A stretch of DNA of 63,229 nt, counting the filler, from Chiloscyllium plagiosum (lineage: Eukaryota), in the NCBI RefSeq assembly GCF_004010195.1. It is 5 parts of one record of this genome, joined end to end, with 100 filler letters (N's around TTAATTAATTAA, not from the genome) between each part and the next. Parts side by side here need not be neighbours in the genome. Positions count along the whole stretch, not along the records: positions 34,513 to 53,942 come from NC_057714.1; positions 54,043 to 60,679 come from NC_057714.1; 3 more parts are not named here. The stretch is one strand, 5' to 3'. The notes beneath the pieces were generated by a model. The model was not told where the DNA came from. It saw only the letters and a list, made by a program, of their open reading frames with translations, and did not search any database. The translations under genes were made by a program, and so were the position numbers. Within the stretch, counting starts at the first letter, position 1. Every line of letters starts with the position of its first letter. Positions 48,455-60,779 of this stretch are shown here, in pieces.

Positions 48455-49550
48455 ACAATAGACAATAGGTGCAGGAGTAGGCCATTCGGCCCTTCGAGCC
48501 AGTACCATCATTCATTATGATCATGGCTGATCATTCACAATTAGTACCCTGTTCCTGCCTTATCCCCATAAACCTTGATTCCACCATCTTTAAGAGCTCT
48601 ATCCATGTCTTTCTTGAAAGTATCCAGAGACTTGGCCTCCATTGCCTTCTGGGGCAGGGCATTCCATATATCCACCACTCTCTGGATGAAGAAGTTTCTC
48701 CTCAACTCTGTTCTAAGTGGCCTAACCCTTATTTTTAAACTGTGTCCTCTGGTTCTGGACTCATCTATCAGTGGAAACATGTTTCCTGCCTCCAGAGTGT
48801 CAATCGTTTAATAATCTTATACGTTTCAATCAGATCCCCTCTCCTCCTTATAAACTCAAGTGTATATAAGCCCAGTTGCTCCAATCTTTCAACATATGAT
48901 AGTCCCGCCATTCCAGGAATTGACCTCGTGAACCGACACTGCACTCCCTCAATAGCCAGAATGTCCTTCCTCAAATCTGTAGGCCAAAACTGCACACAAT
49001 ACTCCAGGTGCAGTCTCACCAGGGCCCTGCACAGCTGCAGAAGGACCTCTTTGCTCCTATACTCAATTCCTCTTGTTATGAAGGCCAGCATGCCATTAGC
49101 TTTCTTCACTGTCTGCTGCATGCTTACCTTCATTGACTGATATACAAGAACACACAGACCTCATTGTACTTCCCATTTACCTAATTTGACTCCACTTAGA
49201 TAGTAATCTGCCTTCCTGTTCTTGCCACCAAAGTGGATAGCCACACATTTATCCACATTAAACTGCATCTGCAATGCATCCGTCCACTCACCTAGCCTGT
49301 GCAAGTCACCCTGTATTCTCATAACATCCTCCTCACATTTCACCCTGCCACTCAGCTTTGTGTCATCAGCAAATTTGCTAATATTACTTTTAAACCTTCA
49401 TCTGTATCATTGATGTACATTGGAAACAGCTGCGGTCCCAGCACTGAACCTTGTGGTACCCCACTGGTCACCGCCTGCCATTCTGAAAGGGACCCGTTTA
49501 TCACTACTCCTTGTTTCCTGTCAGCCAGCCAATTTTCAATCCAAGTCAAT
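48455..49550 (-). mobile_element. CR1-like LINE RT and 3' end
   Basis: [36 protein letters not shown]. Confidence 0.9.
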
Positions 49551-49717
49551 ATTTTGCTATAAATTCTGTGTCTTACAATCTTATTCTCCACAATCACCTA
49601 ATGAAGGAGCGTCACTCCGAAAGCTAATGCTTCCAAATAAACCTGTTGGACTATAACCTGGTGTTGTGTGATTTTTACCTTTGTACCCCCCCAGTCCAAC
49701 ACTGGCACCTCCAAATC
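49551..49717 (+). mobile_element. Family B Penelope-type repeat with hammerhead motif (49595-49629)
   Basis: CAC-CUAAUGA-A-GGAG-CGUCA-CUCC-GAAA-G-CUA; G5 mutated to A. Confidence 0.75.
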
Positions 49718-50312
49718 ACAGCTGCAGTATGTCTGCATCTGGCAACGTGCTCCCAGATGGACAACGGAATGGGGATGCCAAGCAAGGGGAGACCAGAGAA
49801 ACTGAAGCAAATTGTTCTATACTCTAAGCCATGGTGCTGACTTTCCTTATGAGACTTTTGAAACCTTCTGTAACTGTCAGGAGCCGGATTATCTTTAAGT
49901 CTGAATATCTGAAGTCCAAATCACTGTCTTATTGAGCAGAGCTGGGCAAGAACTTTACCATCCAGAAGGCCAACTTTTGTCTTATTCCTGATATAATTAT
50001 CTACCTGACCCACACATGCTGGGTGTGTTTGACCATCAGAAAACAGCTCTGTAATCACTCAAATAGTGCTGATGTTTGTGGTGCATTTTCAGGAGGATAC
50101 TCTTCTACTGGAGATGCTTTCTTCTTCCGTCTGAGACGCACAGAGAGAAAGTAAATGATATGAGTGAGGACGACATTCTAACATTGCTGTTCCAGCTGCA
50201 AGTGGATCCTGTAGTCGGATGGTCTTTCTCCACTCATGTTTCCCTGCACTATTGTACACTGGCTTAGACCAAGGGACGATGAGAATTAGTGAGTGACTAA
50301 TGATAAAGTACT

Positions 50313-50845
50313 AGGAGAAAGTGAGGACTGCAGATGCTGGAGGTCAGAGTCGAAGAGTGTGGTGCTGGAAAATTACAGCTTCAGGCTTGTGTGCCGCGGG
50401 ACTGAGAGATAAATGGGAGGGAGGTGGGGCAAGCGGTGGCGGGGGGGGGGGGAGTGGGAGAGGTATCTGGGAATGCAATAGATAGATGAAGATGGGGTAA
50501 AAGTGATAGGTCAGAGAGGCCGGTGGAGTGGATAGTTGGGAAAGAAGATGGACAGGTAGGACAGTTCAAGTGGGTGATGCCAAGTTGGAAGGTTGGGACT
50601 GAGATAAGGTGGGGGAGGGGAAATGGGAAAACTGGCGAAATTCACATTGATCCCATGTAGTTGGAGGGTCCCAAGGCAGAAGATAAGGTATTCTTTCTCC
50701 AGACTTCAGATAGTTAAGGTTTGGTGATGGAGGAGGCCCAGGACCTGCATGTCCTTGGGAGGGGGAGTTCAGCCTCAGGGCAGTGGGGTTGGTTAGTGTG
50801 GGTGTCCCGGAAGTGTTCTCTAAAATAACCCACAAGTTGGCTTCC
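50313..50845 (-). mobile_element. Penelope GIY-YIG tail plus family A repeat
   Basis: Reverse-complement homolog of 45340-45690. Confidence 0.75.
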
Positions 50846-51369
50846 TGCCTTTCCAATTTAGAGGAGTATAATGGAAAAGTAAGTGCAATTTGGAATGTAT
50901 CTGCTGACAAAGAAGAAAAATGCATCATAATGCTTAGATTTTGAATGGAGAATTAATGACTGGAGTATGAAGTGAGGAAAGAAGCATGCTGATTGTTTAA
51001 AGACTACCATGTGAGAAGAGAGAATTGCTGGGGCTGCTGAAAAGGGAGTAAGAAAAAGATTAGCACATGTTTGGATTAAGAGTTAAAGGTGGTGTAATTT
51101 TCCCTTCGTGATACAGAAGAGAAAATTGTTAGATCGCAGAGGGGTGGTGGAGTACCAGCAGGTGATAATGAGTATTGTCAGGCTATAACAAAATCAAACA
51201 GGTAGAGGAAATCAAGAGACATTCCCTGCACTCTGGTGAGGATATTGAACAGTTTCCTGCATTGTGTCAATCTCTGGGACTGATGTTTCTGAAGCTCGCC
51301 ATCTTTCCAACTGTAACTCTAAGCTTGGTGCATGTCTGACTTCACAAACTTCCTCCAATTAATGGGAAA

Positions 51370-53400
51370 TAGAACATGGAACGGTACAGCACAGAAACAG
51401 ACCCTTCAGCCCACCATGTCTGTGCTGACCTTGATGCCATTCTGAATTAATCCCATGTGCCTTCACATGATCCGTATCCCTTATTCCCTACCTATTCATG
51501 TCTGTTTGAAAGGGCTCTTAAACATTGCTATCACATTTGCTTCTCCCACTTCCACTTGAGTGCCAAGTACCCAGCACCCTCTGAATAAAACACTTGCCTC
51601 ACCATCTCTTTTAAACTTTCTCTCTCTCACCTTAAACCTATGCTCCCTAGTATTTGATATTTCCACCCTGGAAAAAGACTGTGACTATCCACCCCATCCA
51701 CGCCTGTCATAACTTTATATACTTCTATCAGGTCACCCCTCAGGGTCTAACACTCCAACGAAAACAATCCAAATTTATCCAGCCTATCCTTATAGTTAAT
51801 ACTCTCCAAATCTCTCCACGCTTCAGGCTCTCTGCCTTTATTCCTGATGAAGGGCTTTTGCCCGAAACGTCGATTTTGCCTGTCCTCGGATGCTGCCTGA
51901 ATTGCTGTTCTCTTCCAGCACCACTGATCCAGAATCCAGGTAACAGCCTAGTAAACCTCTTTTGCACCCTCTCCAAAGCCTCCACATCCTTCCTAAAGTG
52001 TGGCGACCAGAACTGCAGATAACACTCCAAATGCGGCCTAACTAAAGTTTTACACAGCTGCAACACCATTTGCAAACTCAGTGACTCTACTGGTGAAGGC
52101 AAGCATGTTTTATGCCTTCTTTGCTGCCTTATCTATTGATACTGCCACTTTCGGGGAACTATGGACTTGCTGCACAAAATCCCTCAGTGAATAAATGCTC
52201 CTTGAAGAACTTGCTATTTAATGTATACTTTCCTTTCGTATCTGACCTCCCAAAATGCATCACCTCATACTTACCCAGAATAAACTCCAGCTGCCATTTC
52301 TCCTCACAACTTTCCAACTGATCAATGCCCTACTGTATCCTTTGATAAACTTCCTCTCCACTATCAACTACCCACCACTACACCAATTTTTATGTAGTCT
52401 ACATACTTACTAATCAGGCCACCTACATTTTCCGTTAATTCATTTGTATATATTACAAACAACAGAGGTCCCAGCATTGATCCTTGCAGAACCCTACTGG
52501 TCACAGACCTCCAGTCATTAAAACAGCCCTCCACAACTCTCCGCTATGACCAAGCCAAATTTGCATCTAATTTACCAACTTACTCTAGATCCCACGTAAC
52601 TTAATCTTCTGGACCAGCCTACCAAATACTTTATTAAAGTCTATGCAGAAAACATACACTGCCTTATCCTCATCAATCATCCTCATCACTTCCTCGAAAA
52701 ACTCAATCAAATTTGTTAGACAAAACCTCCCCTGCACAAAGCCATGCTGACTATCCCTAATAAGTCCATTCTTTTCCAAATATGAGTAAATCCTGTCTGT
52801 CGGAATCATCTCCCATAACATCCCTGCCACTGACGTAAGGCTCACCAGTCGATGATTTCCTGGATTATCCTCGCTGCCTTTCTTAAATAAAGGACCAACA
52901 TTGGCTATTCTCTAATCTCTGGGAACTCACCTGTGAATACAAAGATCTCTACAAAGAGGCCAGCAGTCTCTCCCCTTACCTCCCTCGGTATGCTGGGATA
53001 GATCCCATCAGGCGTTGGGGCCTTATCTATTTTTCAAGCCACCCAACACCTCCACCTTCTTAATATTGACATGCCCTAGAATGTCAACATTCTCCTCCCT
53101 AATCTCTCCTTAGTGCATACCAATACAAAGTACTCATTGAGAACCTCACCCACAGTCCTCTAGTTCCACGCATTAACTCTTTCCTTTCTCCTTGAGTGGA
53201 CCTACCCTTTCCCCAGATTCCCTCGAGTTCCTACTATATGAATAAAATGCCTTGGGATTCTCTTTAATCCGACTTGCCAAGGACATTTCATGGGCCCTTA
53301 TGCCCACATAATTTTCTGTTTAAGTTCCTTCTTGCCTCATTTATATTTAAGAGAATTGTTTGATTTCTGTTTCCTCAACATTACATTTGCTTCCCTTTTA
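51370..53400 (-). mobile_element. CR1-like LINE ORF2 with a hammerhead insert at ~51811-51932
   Basis: SQHGFVQGRFCLTNLIEFFEEV and LVRPHLEC...ALERVQKRFTRLLPG. Confidence 0.88.
51840..51875 (+). ncRNA. Minimal type I hammerhead ribozyme, intact core
   Basis: CUGAUGA 51844-51850; A; GGGC-UUUU-GCCC; GAAA 51864-51867; C-GUC; stem I AUUC/GAUU with one mismatch. Confidence 0.75.
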
Positions 53401-53942
53401 GAGTCATAGAGTCATAGAGATGTACAGCATGGAAACAGACCCTTCAGTCCAACCAGTCCATGCCGACCAGATATCCCAACCCAATCTAGTCCCACCTGCC
53501 AGCGCCCGGCCCACATCCCTCCAAATCCTTCCTATCATATACCCATCCAAATGCCTCTTAAATGTTGCAATTGTACCAGCCTCCACCACATCCTCTGGCA
53601 TCCTCTACAGTGTTTTAGATTAGATTACATTACATTACAGTATGGAAACAGGCCCTTCGGCCCAACACCACATCCATACACGTACCACCATCTGCGTGAA
53701 AAAGTTGCCCCTTAGGTCTCTTTTATATCTTTCCCCTCTCACCCTAAACCTATGCCCTCTAGTTTTGGACTCCCCTACCCCAGGGAAAAGATTTTGTCTA
53801 CTTATCCTATCCATACCCCTCATAATTTTGTAAACCTCTATAAGGTCATCCCTCAGCGTCCGATGCTCCAGGGAAAACAGCCCCAGCCTGTTCAGCCTCT
53901 CCCTGTAGCTCAGATCCTCCAACCCTGGCAACATCCTTGTAA
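53401..53942 (-). mobile_element. Young HER1-like CR1 3' end with a short HE1 tail insert (~53615-53667)
   Basis: MLPGLEDLSYRERLNRLGLFSLE...RGNFFTQ. Confidence 0.85.
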
Positions 53943-54042
53943 NNNNNNNNNNNNNNNNNNNNNNNNNNNNNNNNNNNNNNNNNNNNTTAATTAATTAANN
54001 NNNNNNNNNNNNNNNNNNNNNNNNNNNNNNNNNNNNNNNNNN
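53943..54042. other. Assembly gap / artificial linker
   Basis: Same 100-nt spacer. Confidence 0.98.
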
Positions 54043-54484
54043 CTGTTCCCCGGGACGCACACCGAGACGAACATCAACTGCACCTGGAGGATCATCAACT
54101 CGGTGAAGGACGCTCTCTGGGTGGTCCGAAACCTGTTGATCTTCCAGCTGAAGGAGTTGACCCCGACTGAGTGTTGCAGACTGGCACATTCCAAGGTCCA
54201 GGAGTACATGTTGAGGGACGCGCTGAAGCTTGGGGCAGCTGCCGCCAAGGCGCAGTGGGGAAAGACCACCGTGTAACATCTGCCTGCCTCAGAAGAACAG
54301 GGGGCCCACACAGTCATTTGGGCTCCACTGGCACCTCAGCTCAATGTAATCGCACCAACCTGTGAATAGGAATGATTACCCTGTTTCGATACGCAAACAA
54401 ATGGAATGTTTACAGAAGGAAGGTATGTCCAATTGTACAGATCAAATATTTATGAATAAAGTTTATTTTTGAAATAAAAAAAAA
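54043..54484 (+). mobile_element. Tx1/L1-clade LINE 3' end (ORF2 C-terminus 54043-54276, 3' UTR, poly-A)
   Basis: Open frame LFPGTHTETNINCTWRIINSVKDALWVVRNLLIFQ...QWGKTTV*; AATAAA at 54455 and A-tail. Confidence 0.72.
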
Positions 54485-54879
54485 TGAGGAACAAATTACT
54501 CAATGTTGCCCAAACTCACCAAAGCTGATTTCTCTTTCTCTTTCTCTTTCTCATTCTCTCTCTCTCAATTCTTAACAAACTACAAACAACAAAAATAAGG
54601 ACTTCACATTCTGTCTTCCTCTCCTTATTATTCACTCAGTCCTGAAACCTGGTTCTTAAGTAGCCAATTCTCTTGCCCTAAGTCCCTTTTATCATCAGAA
54701 GTCACCTCAGGCGCTGTGCCTCTGTATTCAGGTTCACTCCACTCTGTTCCTGTCGTGATGTTGTTCTGAATTAGCTCAATCTGGGCCCTGCTCCTCAGGT
54801 ATTTATCCAGAAGCTCTACTGCTGCTGTTCATCCCTAGGTTTGATCTGTTCAACTCCTGCTGTACTCCGAAGTCAAGGG

Positions 54880-56295
54880 AAAGGATTGTTGGGTTCCTGG
54901 AGGATATACTGAATACTTTGCTGACTACATGCAAAGTGCCAGATAACTAGAGGATATCTAATATGGTTCGTTTGTTCAAGAAGGATAGCAGGGATGAGCC
55001 AGGTGGTTCTAGACTAGTTCGTTTGACGTCAGTATGAGGGAAATTATTGGAAAAGGTTCTGAGGGATTTGTTAGAGGGTGATCCTGTGAAGACTTTAATT
55101 GAATTTTATTGAAAATATGACTAAATGTATTGATGAGAGTAGTGCAGTTGACATAGTTTACTTGGACTCAGTAAGACCTTTGGCAAGACCACATGGACAG
55201 CTGGTCCAAAAGGTAAGAGCCCATGAGAGTCAAGGCAAGTTGGCAAGATTGTTCGAAAACTGGCTCATAAATAGGAGACAAAGGGTATTGATGAAGTGTT
55301 GATTTTATGATTGGAAGCCTTGAACTCATAATGCACACAGAGTTCAGTGTTTGTTATGTACGCTAATTTCTTGGATGTGAATGTAGAAGGTATATTTAGT
55401 AATTTCACAGATGCCATGAAAATTGATAGTGAGGCAGATGGTCTCAGTCTCCAGTCTGATATTGATCAGCTGGTAAATCCAGCAAAAAAATGACAGATGA
55501 AATTTAATCCCAATAATTGTGAGGTGATGCATTTTGGGAAGACTAAGAAGGGAATGATATGGGCAATGAATGGTAGGTCTCCAGACAGTACTGAGCAACA
55601 AAGGGACCTTGGTGTATAAGTTCACATAACGCTGAAGGTGTCATCCCAGGTATACAGACTTGCCTTCATTAGCCAGGACGCACAATCTAGGAGCCAGGAA
55701 GTCTTGTTACAACTTTATAAAATATTGGTTAGGCCACAGATGGAATTCTGTGTGCTGTTGTGGTCACCACACTATCGGAAGGACATGATTGTATTGGAGA
55801 TGGTGCAGAGGAGAGATTCACCAGGATGTTGCCTGGGATGGAAAGTCTCAGTTATGAGGAGAGACTGGATAGGCTGGATTTGTTTTCCTTGGAACAGAGG
55901 AGCCTGACGGTGGATCTGTTTGAGGGGTACAAAATTTTGAGGGCATAGACAGAGTTGATTGTGAGAATCTCTTCTCTATAGCAGATGTGTCTAAGACCAG
56001 ATGTCAGAAGTTTAAGTTGAGGAGTGAATGGTTTAGAGAACATATGAGAGAGCATTTTCACCCAGAGGGTGGTAGAATAATGGAATATGCTGCCTGAGAG
56101 TGTGGGGGAGAGAAGTCCTTTTGCAATATTTGAGGAGCATCTGGATGAATATTTAAAATGTTCGGGCATAGTAGGGGACAGTGATCTAGGGACCAAGTAC
56201 AGGCAACTATGATTAGTGTGGTTTAGTGTTTGTTGGTTAGCTTAGACATGGTGGGCCAAAGGGCCTGTTTCTATGCTGTATGACTCTATGATTCT
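54880..56295 (+). mobile_element. CR1-like LINE RT and 3' end
   Basis: AVDIVYLD, LVRPQMEFC, FTRMLPG. Confidence 0.85.
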
Positions 56296-57039
56296 TTGAC
56301 TGTAAGGCAGCTCACACCACCTTTTCAAAGGTGATGAAAAATGGACAGTAAATGTTGACCCAGCCAGTGATGCCCCCATTCCATGAGTGAATAAGAAAAA
56401 ATCTTACCTCTAAGTACCGCTAATAGAAACAATACTAACCCAGTTTTAATATGAAGGCCTGATATTTGTCTAATGGTTTTCACTGGTGCTGTACCATCCA
56501 CTTCAGTATATCTGGTCAAATTAGGCGCACCTTCATGATCACTGGTGTTTGTGGGACTTAAATAGTGTTCCAGGACAAGGCTGTGGTCTGGACCTCCCAG
56601 AAGGCTGGTTAAAATTATTCAACTTTATTTAAAACAGCTTTCCTACAAAGGAAGCCTTGAAGAAATTATAACAATTTTCAAGAAAGAGCCACCCCATTGG
56701 CATCTGTGCAATCATCTGCAAATGTTTGAGCCTCACTGGTAACATGTGTGTCTCAGATGTGCTACAACTAGCATTAGCATCTCCCTGTGGCATACCATGT
56801 AGGAGAACTCTCTCAATCCAGTAAATCTGTGTTTGTTGTTTCATGGATTCTTGAAGCGAGGACATGTGATCAATACTGTCATAACATTGATTCTACATTT
56901 GGTAGTATAGTGCTTATTATTGTAAGAGATACCTGTAATTGGCCTATGATGTAAGGGAGAGCTAAGTGTTCATCCTAAGGATGGATGAAGATGTGGTGAA
57001 AAAAAATCTTTCCTTAAGTTCCCGCTAAACTCCTTATGT

Positions 57040-58320
57040 TAAAACTGTGCCCTCTGCTAAGGGGAGAGATTTCTCCTTATCTACTTTGTCTATGCCCTTC
57101 AGACCTTTGTGCACCTCAATCTGATGTTTCTTAGCCTTCTTTAATCTAAGGAGAACAACCCCAGCCCACCTCCTTGCTCTTGCATTCAATGCCAAATATA
57201 TTAGTATAGACTTCTTTACCACCTTATTTCCCTGTCCTGCTGATTTCAAAGATTTATGGAAATGCCCACCAAGATCCCTCGATCTTCTGTGCTTCTTAGA
57301 GTCCTTCCATACAATATGTACTCACTTGCACCCCGGGTCGCCACAAGTTTCCAGTGGCAAGTACACCTTTTAGAAAAAAGGAGAAAGTGAGGACTGCAGA
57401 TGCTGGAGATCAGAGCTGAAAAATGTGTTGCTGGAAAAGCGCAGCAGGTCAGGCCTTCAGGAAGAAAGGCCTATGCCCGAAACATTGATTCTCCTGCTCC
57501 TTGGATGCTGTCTGACCTGCTGCACGTTTCCAGCAACACATTTTTCAGCAAATACATCTTTTGACCATCACCTGCATCCTACCACCAAGCTAACTTTGGA
57601 TCCAATTTGCCAAATTCCCCTGGATCCTATTGCTTTTATCTTCTTAATTAGGGTACCACACCTTGTCAAAAGCCTTACTGAAGTCTATGCAGACAATATC
57701 AACGGCACCATCCTCAACTACGCACCCAGTCACCTCCTTGAAAAATCAAATTAAATTTGTTAGAAATGATCTCTACCTGACATATTGACTATCCTTCATT
57801 AATCCTTGCTTCTTCAAATGTTGATTAATTCTGACTCTCAGATATTTTTCCAATATTTGCCCAAAGACTGATGTTATACTCACTGGTCTGTAGTTTCCTG
57901 ATTTATTCCTACTACCCTTGTTGAATAATTGTACTACATCAGCAGTCCACCCATTCTCTGGTACATCTGATTTAAAAATTAATGTCACTGCTCCTTCAAT
58001 CTCCTGCCTTGCCTCCCATAGCAGCCTGGGCTACATCTCATCTTAGCCTGGGGGCATATATATTTTCAAGTCTCTTATAACAGCTAATAGCTCATCTCTC
58101 TCAATGCTAATTCATTCAAGGATACCACAGGTCCCCTTCCTGATTTTCTGTACCTGCATCTTCCTTCTCTACAGTGAATACAGATGAAAGCACGTATTTA
58201 AAACCTCAGCTTTGTCTTCCACCTCCAGACAGATATTGTCACTTCGTCCCTAATGGGGCCTATGTTTTCCAGGGTATTCTCTTGCCACTAATACACTTAA
58301 AAAGCATCTTTGTATCTTCT
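57040..58320 (-). mobile_element. Old CR1-like LINE with a fold-back family A insert (57380-57549)
   Basis: GNYRPVSITSV. The insert has inverted arms gctgaaaaatgtgttgctggaaa / tttccagcaacacatttttcagc and a diverged TSD. Confidence 0.8.
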
Positions 58321-59719
58321 TTGGTAGAAATCTACCTCCCAAAACCCTGTTCTCGTACTTATCTACATTTACATTTATTACTACATGCTTAAGGCTGATC
58401 ACATGGAAGTAATGGTAGAAGAGGCATGGTCTTAATTAACAAAATACATATATTTCCTGGTAATAATATAGCAAGTTACAGTAGAGGCAGGTTAGATAAC
58501 TCCAATATAAGATAAGTAATACCATATCGTATATGAGACCATAGCTAGGTCTACGCTATATGCTACAGACTTTAGAGTCTAACTGCAGACTGGAGCAGAC
58601 TGCACCAAGAGGCAATCACAAATACACTAGTGGGCAGGACCTCAGAATTGCCAACAGTTAACCCCCTCATGGCAATCATCTTATATAACAGTTACATAAA
58701 TGGGCTAATAAATAGAATTTGGGTGAATAATCCAGAAATGTAGGTCAAATGATACCTTGCACATATACATTCAGTTCAATAAAACTGTCATGAAACTGAC
58801 AGTGAGTTGGATTGTGATAAATTCCATATGATTCAATATTATCCATTAGGGAGGGAAAACTAGTGTTATAAGCCATTCCAGTCTATATGTGGCTCCATAT
58901 CCACATTAATATATTGACCTAACTGAAGTTGCAGCAGCAATAAAAATTTCAGTGTAACTAAAGATAATGAACAAACCTAAATGTTAATAATTGATTTTTC
59001 TTCAAAAGCATTGAGGTGCTGAGATAGATCTTACCAAATATCAAATATAAAGAAATGATGATTGAGAGAAGACCATTGATTATACCGTTGGTTCAGTTTA
59101 AGTTATGGATTCATATTAATGATTGCTATTCATTGTTGGTTGATTTACACTTATTTAGTATTTTGTCTTGTATAATTTTTGGTGTACAGCTGCTTCTCTA
59201 ACTAAAGTTTGAAGAATCTTAAACTGCAGTAGGTGGCATTCTATTCCAAGATTTGCCATTCCTCTCCACCTAAGTCACTTGTTAAGTTTTACCTTTTCTT
59301 TCTAATCCCCTGCTCTTGTCCTTTTATAACTATTCCAATTGTCTGTGACAAATTGTAATGTACAGATGTTATTGCTTTCAGCATCACAAATAATCCAGAC
59401 AATGAGCAACTTTAACAGCACTTCATTTTGCACAAGTGGGTTTAACACTTGAAAAAGTAATGACATAAAAAAAATGCATCAAAGTTAGGGCAGTATCCAA
59501 AATTAGGTGCATTGGTCATAGTAATTTTAGAATAATCTTTGAATAATCAAGAAACTTTTGAATGACTGAGGCACAAATACCAGTCAAAGTACTGTAATTA
59601 GGAAAACATAAAATAAACAGTAATTAGGTAATTTTATCCGAGTCACAAAGTTAATGTGAGGCGTTGTATTAAAAACTCTCTTTTCTTAAACATAGAGAGC
59701 TAGTAAAGGTCATTATGTT

Positions 59720-59925
59720 ATAACGTGTGTTTTGTCAAAGCAAATTCGCTGTAATGCAATTGACGAATTGGGGATGCTGTTTCGACAGTGCGAACTTTTA
59801 AAATGTGTGTTGGCTGTAATGTGATTACATCACCAACACTTTGAGGCGCTGTTTCTAAAGTGGGATTTTTCTATTACATGGTACTGCACAAGAATGCAAC
59901 CATTGCATTAAGAGTACAACAATTA
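59720..59925. mobile_element. Probable Tc1/mariner-type MITE remnant
   Basis: Starts ...gttataacg with internal semi-palindromic repeats; termini decayed. Confidence 0.4.
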
Positions 59926-59969
59926 TCCAGTTAGTAGGGATCCTAATATCCAGCCATTTGGTAACTTTT

Positions 59970-60679
59970 TATAGAGTCATAGAGATGTACAGCATGGAAA
60001 CAGACCCTTCGGTCCAACCCGTCCATGCCAACCAGATATCCCAACCCAATTTAGTCCCACCTGCTAGCACCCGGCCCATATCCCTCCAAACCCTTCCTAT
60101 TCATATACCCATCCAAATGCCTCTTAAATGTTGCAATTGTACCAGCCTCCACCACATCCTCTGGCAGCTCATTCCATACACGTACCACCCTCTGTGTGAA
60201 AAAGTTGCCCCTTAGGTCTCTTTTATATCTTTCCCCTCTCACCCTAAACTCATGCCCCTCTAGTTCTGGACTCCCCCACCCCAGGGACTTTGCCTATTTA
60301 CCCTATCCATGAACCTCATAATTTTGTAAACCTCTATAAGGTCACCACTCAGCCTCCGACGCTCCAGGGAAAACAGCCACAGCCTGTTCAACCTCTCCCT
60401 ATAGCTCAAATCCTCCAACCCTGGCAACATCCTTGTAAATCTTTTCTGAACCCTTTCAAGTTTCACAACATCATTCTGATAGGAAGGAAACTAGAATTAC
60501 ACGCAATATTCCCTGTTCAACCTCTCCCTATAGCTCAAATCCTCCAACCCTGGCAACATCCTTGTAAATCTTTTCTGAACCCTTTCAAGTTTCACAACAT
60601 CATTCTGATAGGAAGGAAACTAGAATTACACGCAATATTCCAACAGTGGCCTAACCAATGTCCTGTACAGCCGCAACAT
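59970..60679 (-). mobile_element. Young HER1-like CR1 3' end
   Basis: KLERVQKRFTRMLPGLEDLSY; near-identical to 53401-53942. Confidence 0.9.
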
Positions 60680-60779
60680 NNNNNNNNNNNNNNNNNNNNN
60701 NNNNNNNNNNNNNNNNNNNNNNNTTAATTAATTAANNNNNNNNNNNNNNNNNNNNNNNNNNNNNNNNNNNNNNNNNNNN
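60680..60779. other. Assembly gap / artificial linker
   Basis: Same 100-nt spacer. Confidence 0.98.

Noticed and set aside
56638..56740. AG/GT-bounded frame LSYKGSLEEIITIFKKEPP... as possible KAT2B exon 4
   Set aside because: Only scattered similarity, and wrong length and phase for a highly conserved exon.
58340..58690. Possible second solo LTR ending TTATATAACA
   Set aside because: No matching left terminus or TSD identified.
21608..60779. Recurrent TTAATTAATTAA palindrome
   Set aside because: Always centred in 44+44 N; an artificial all-frame stop linker, not biology.
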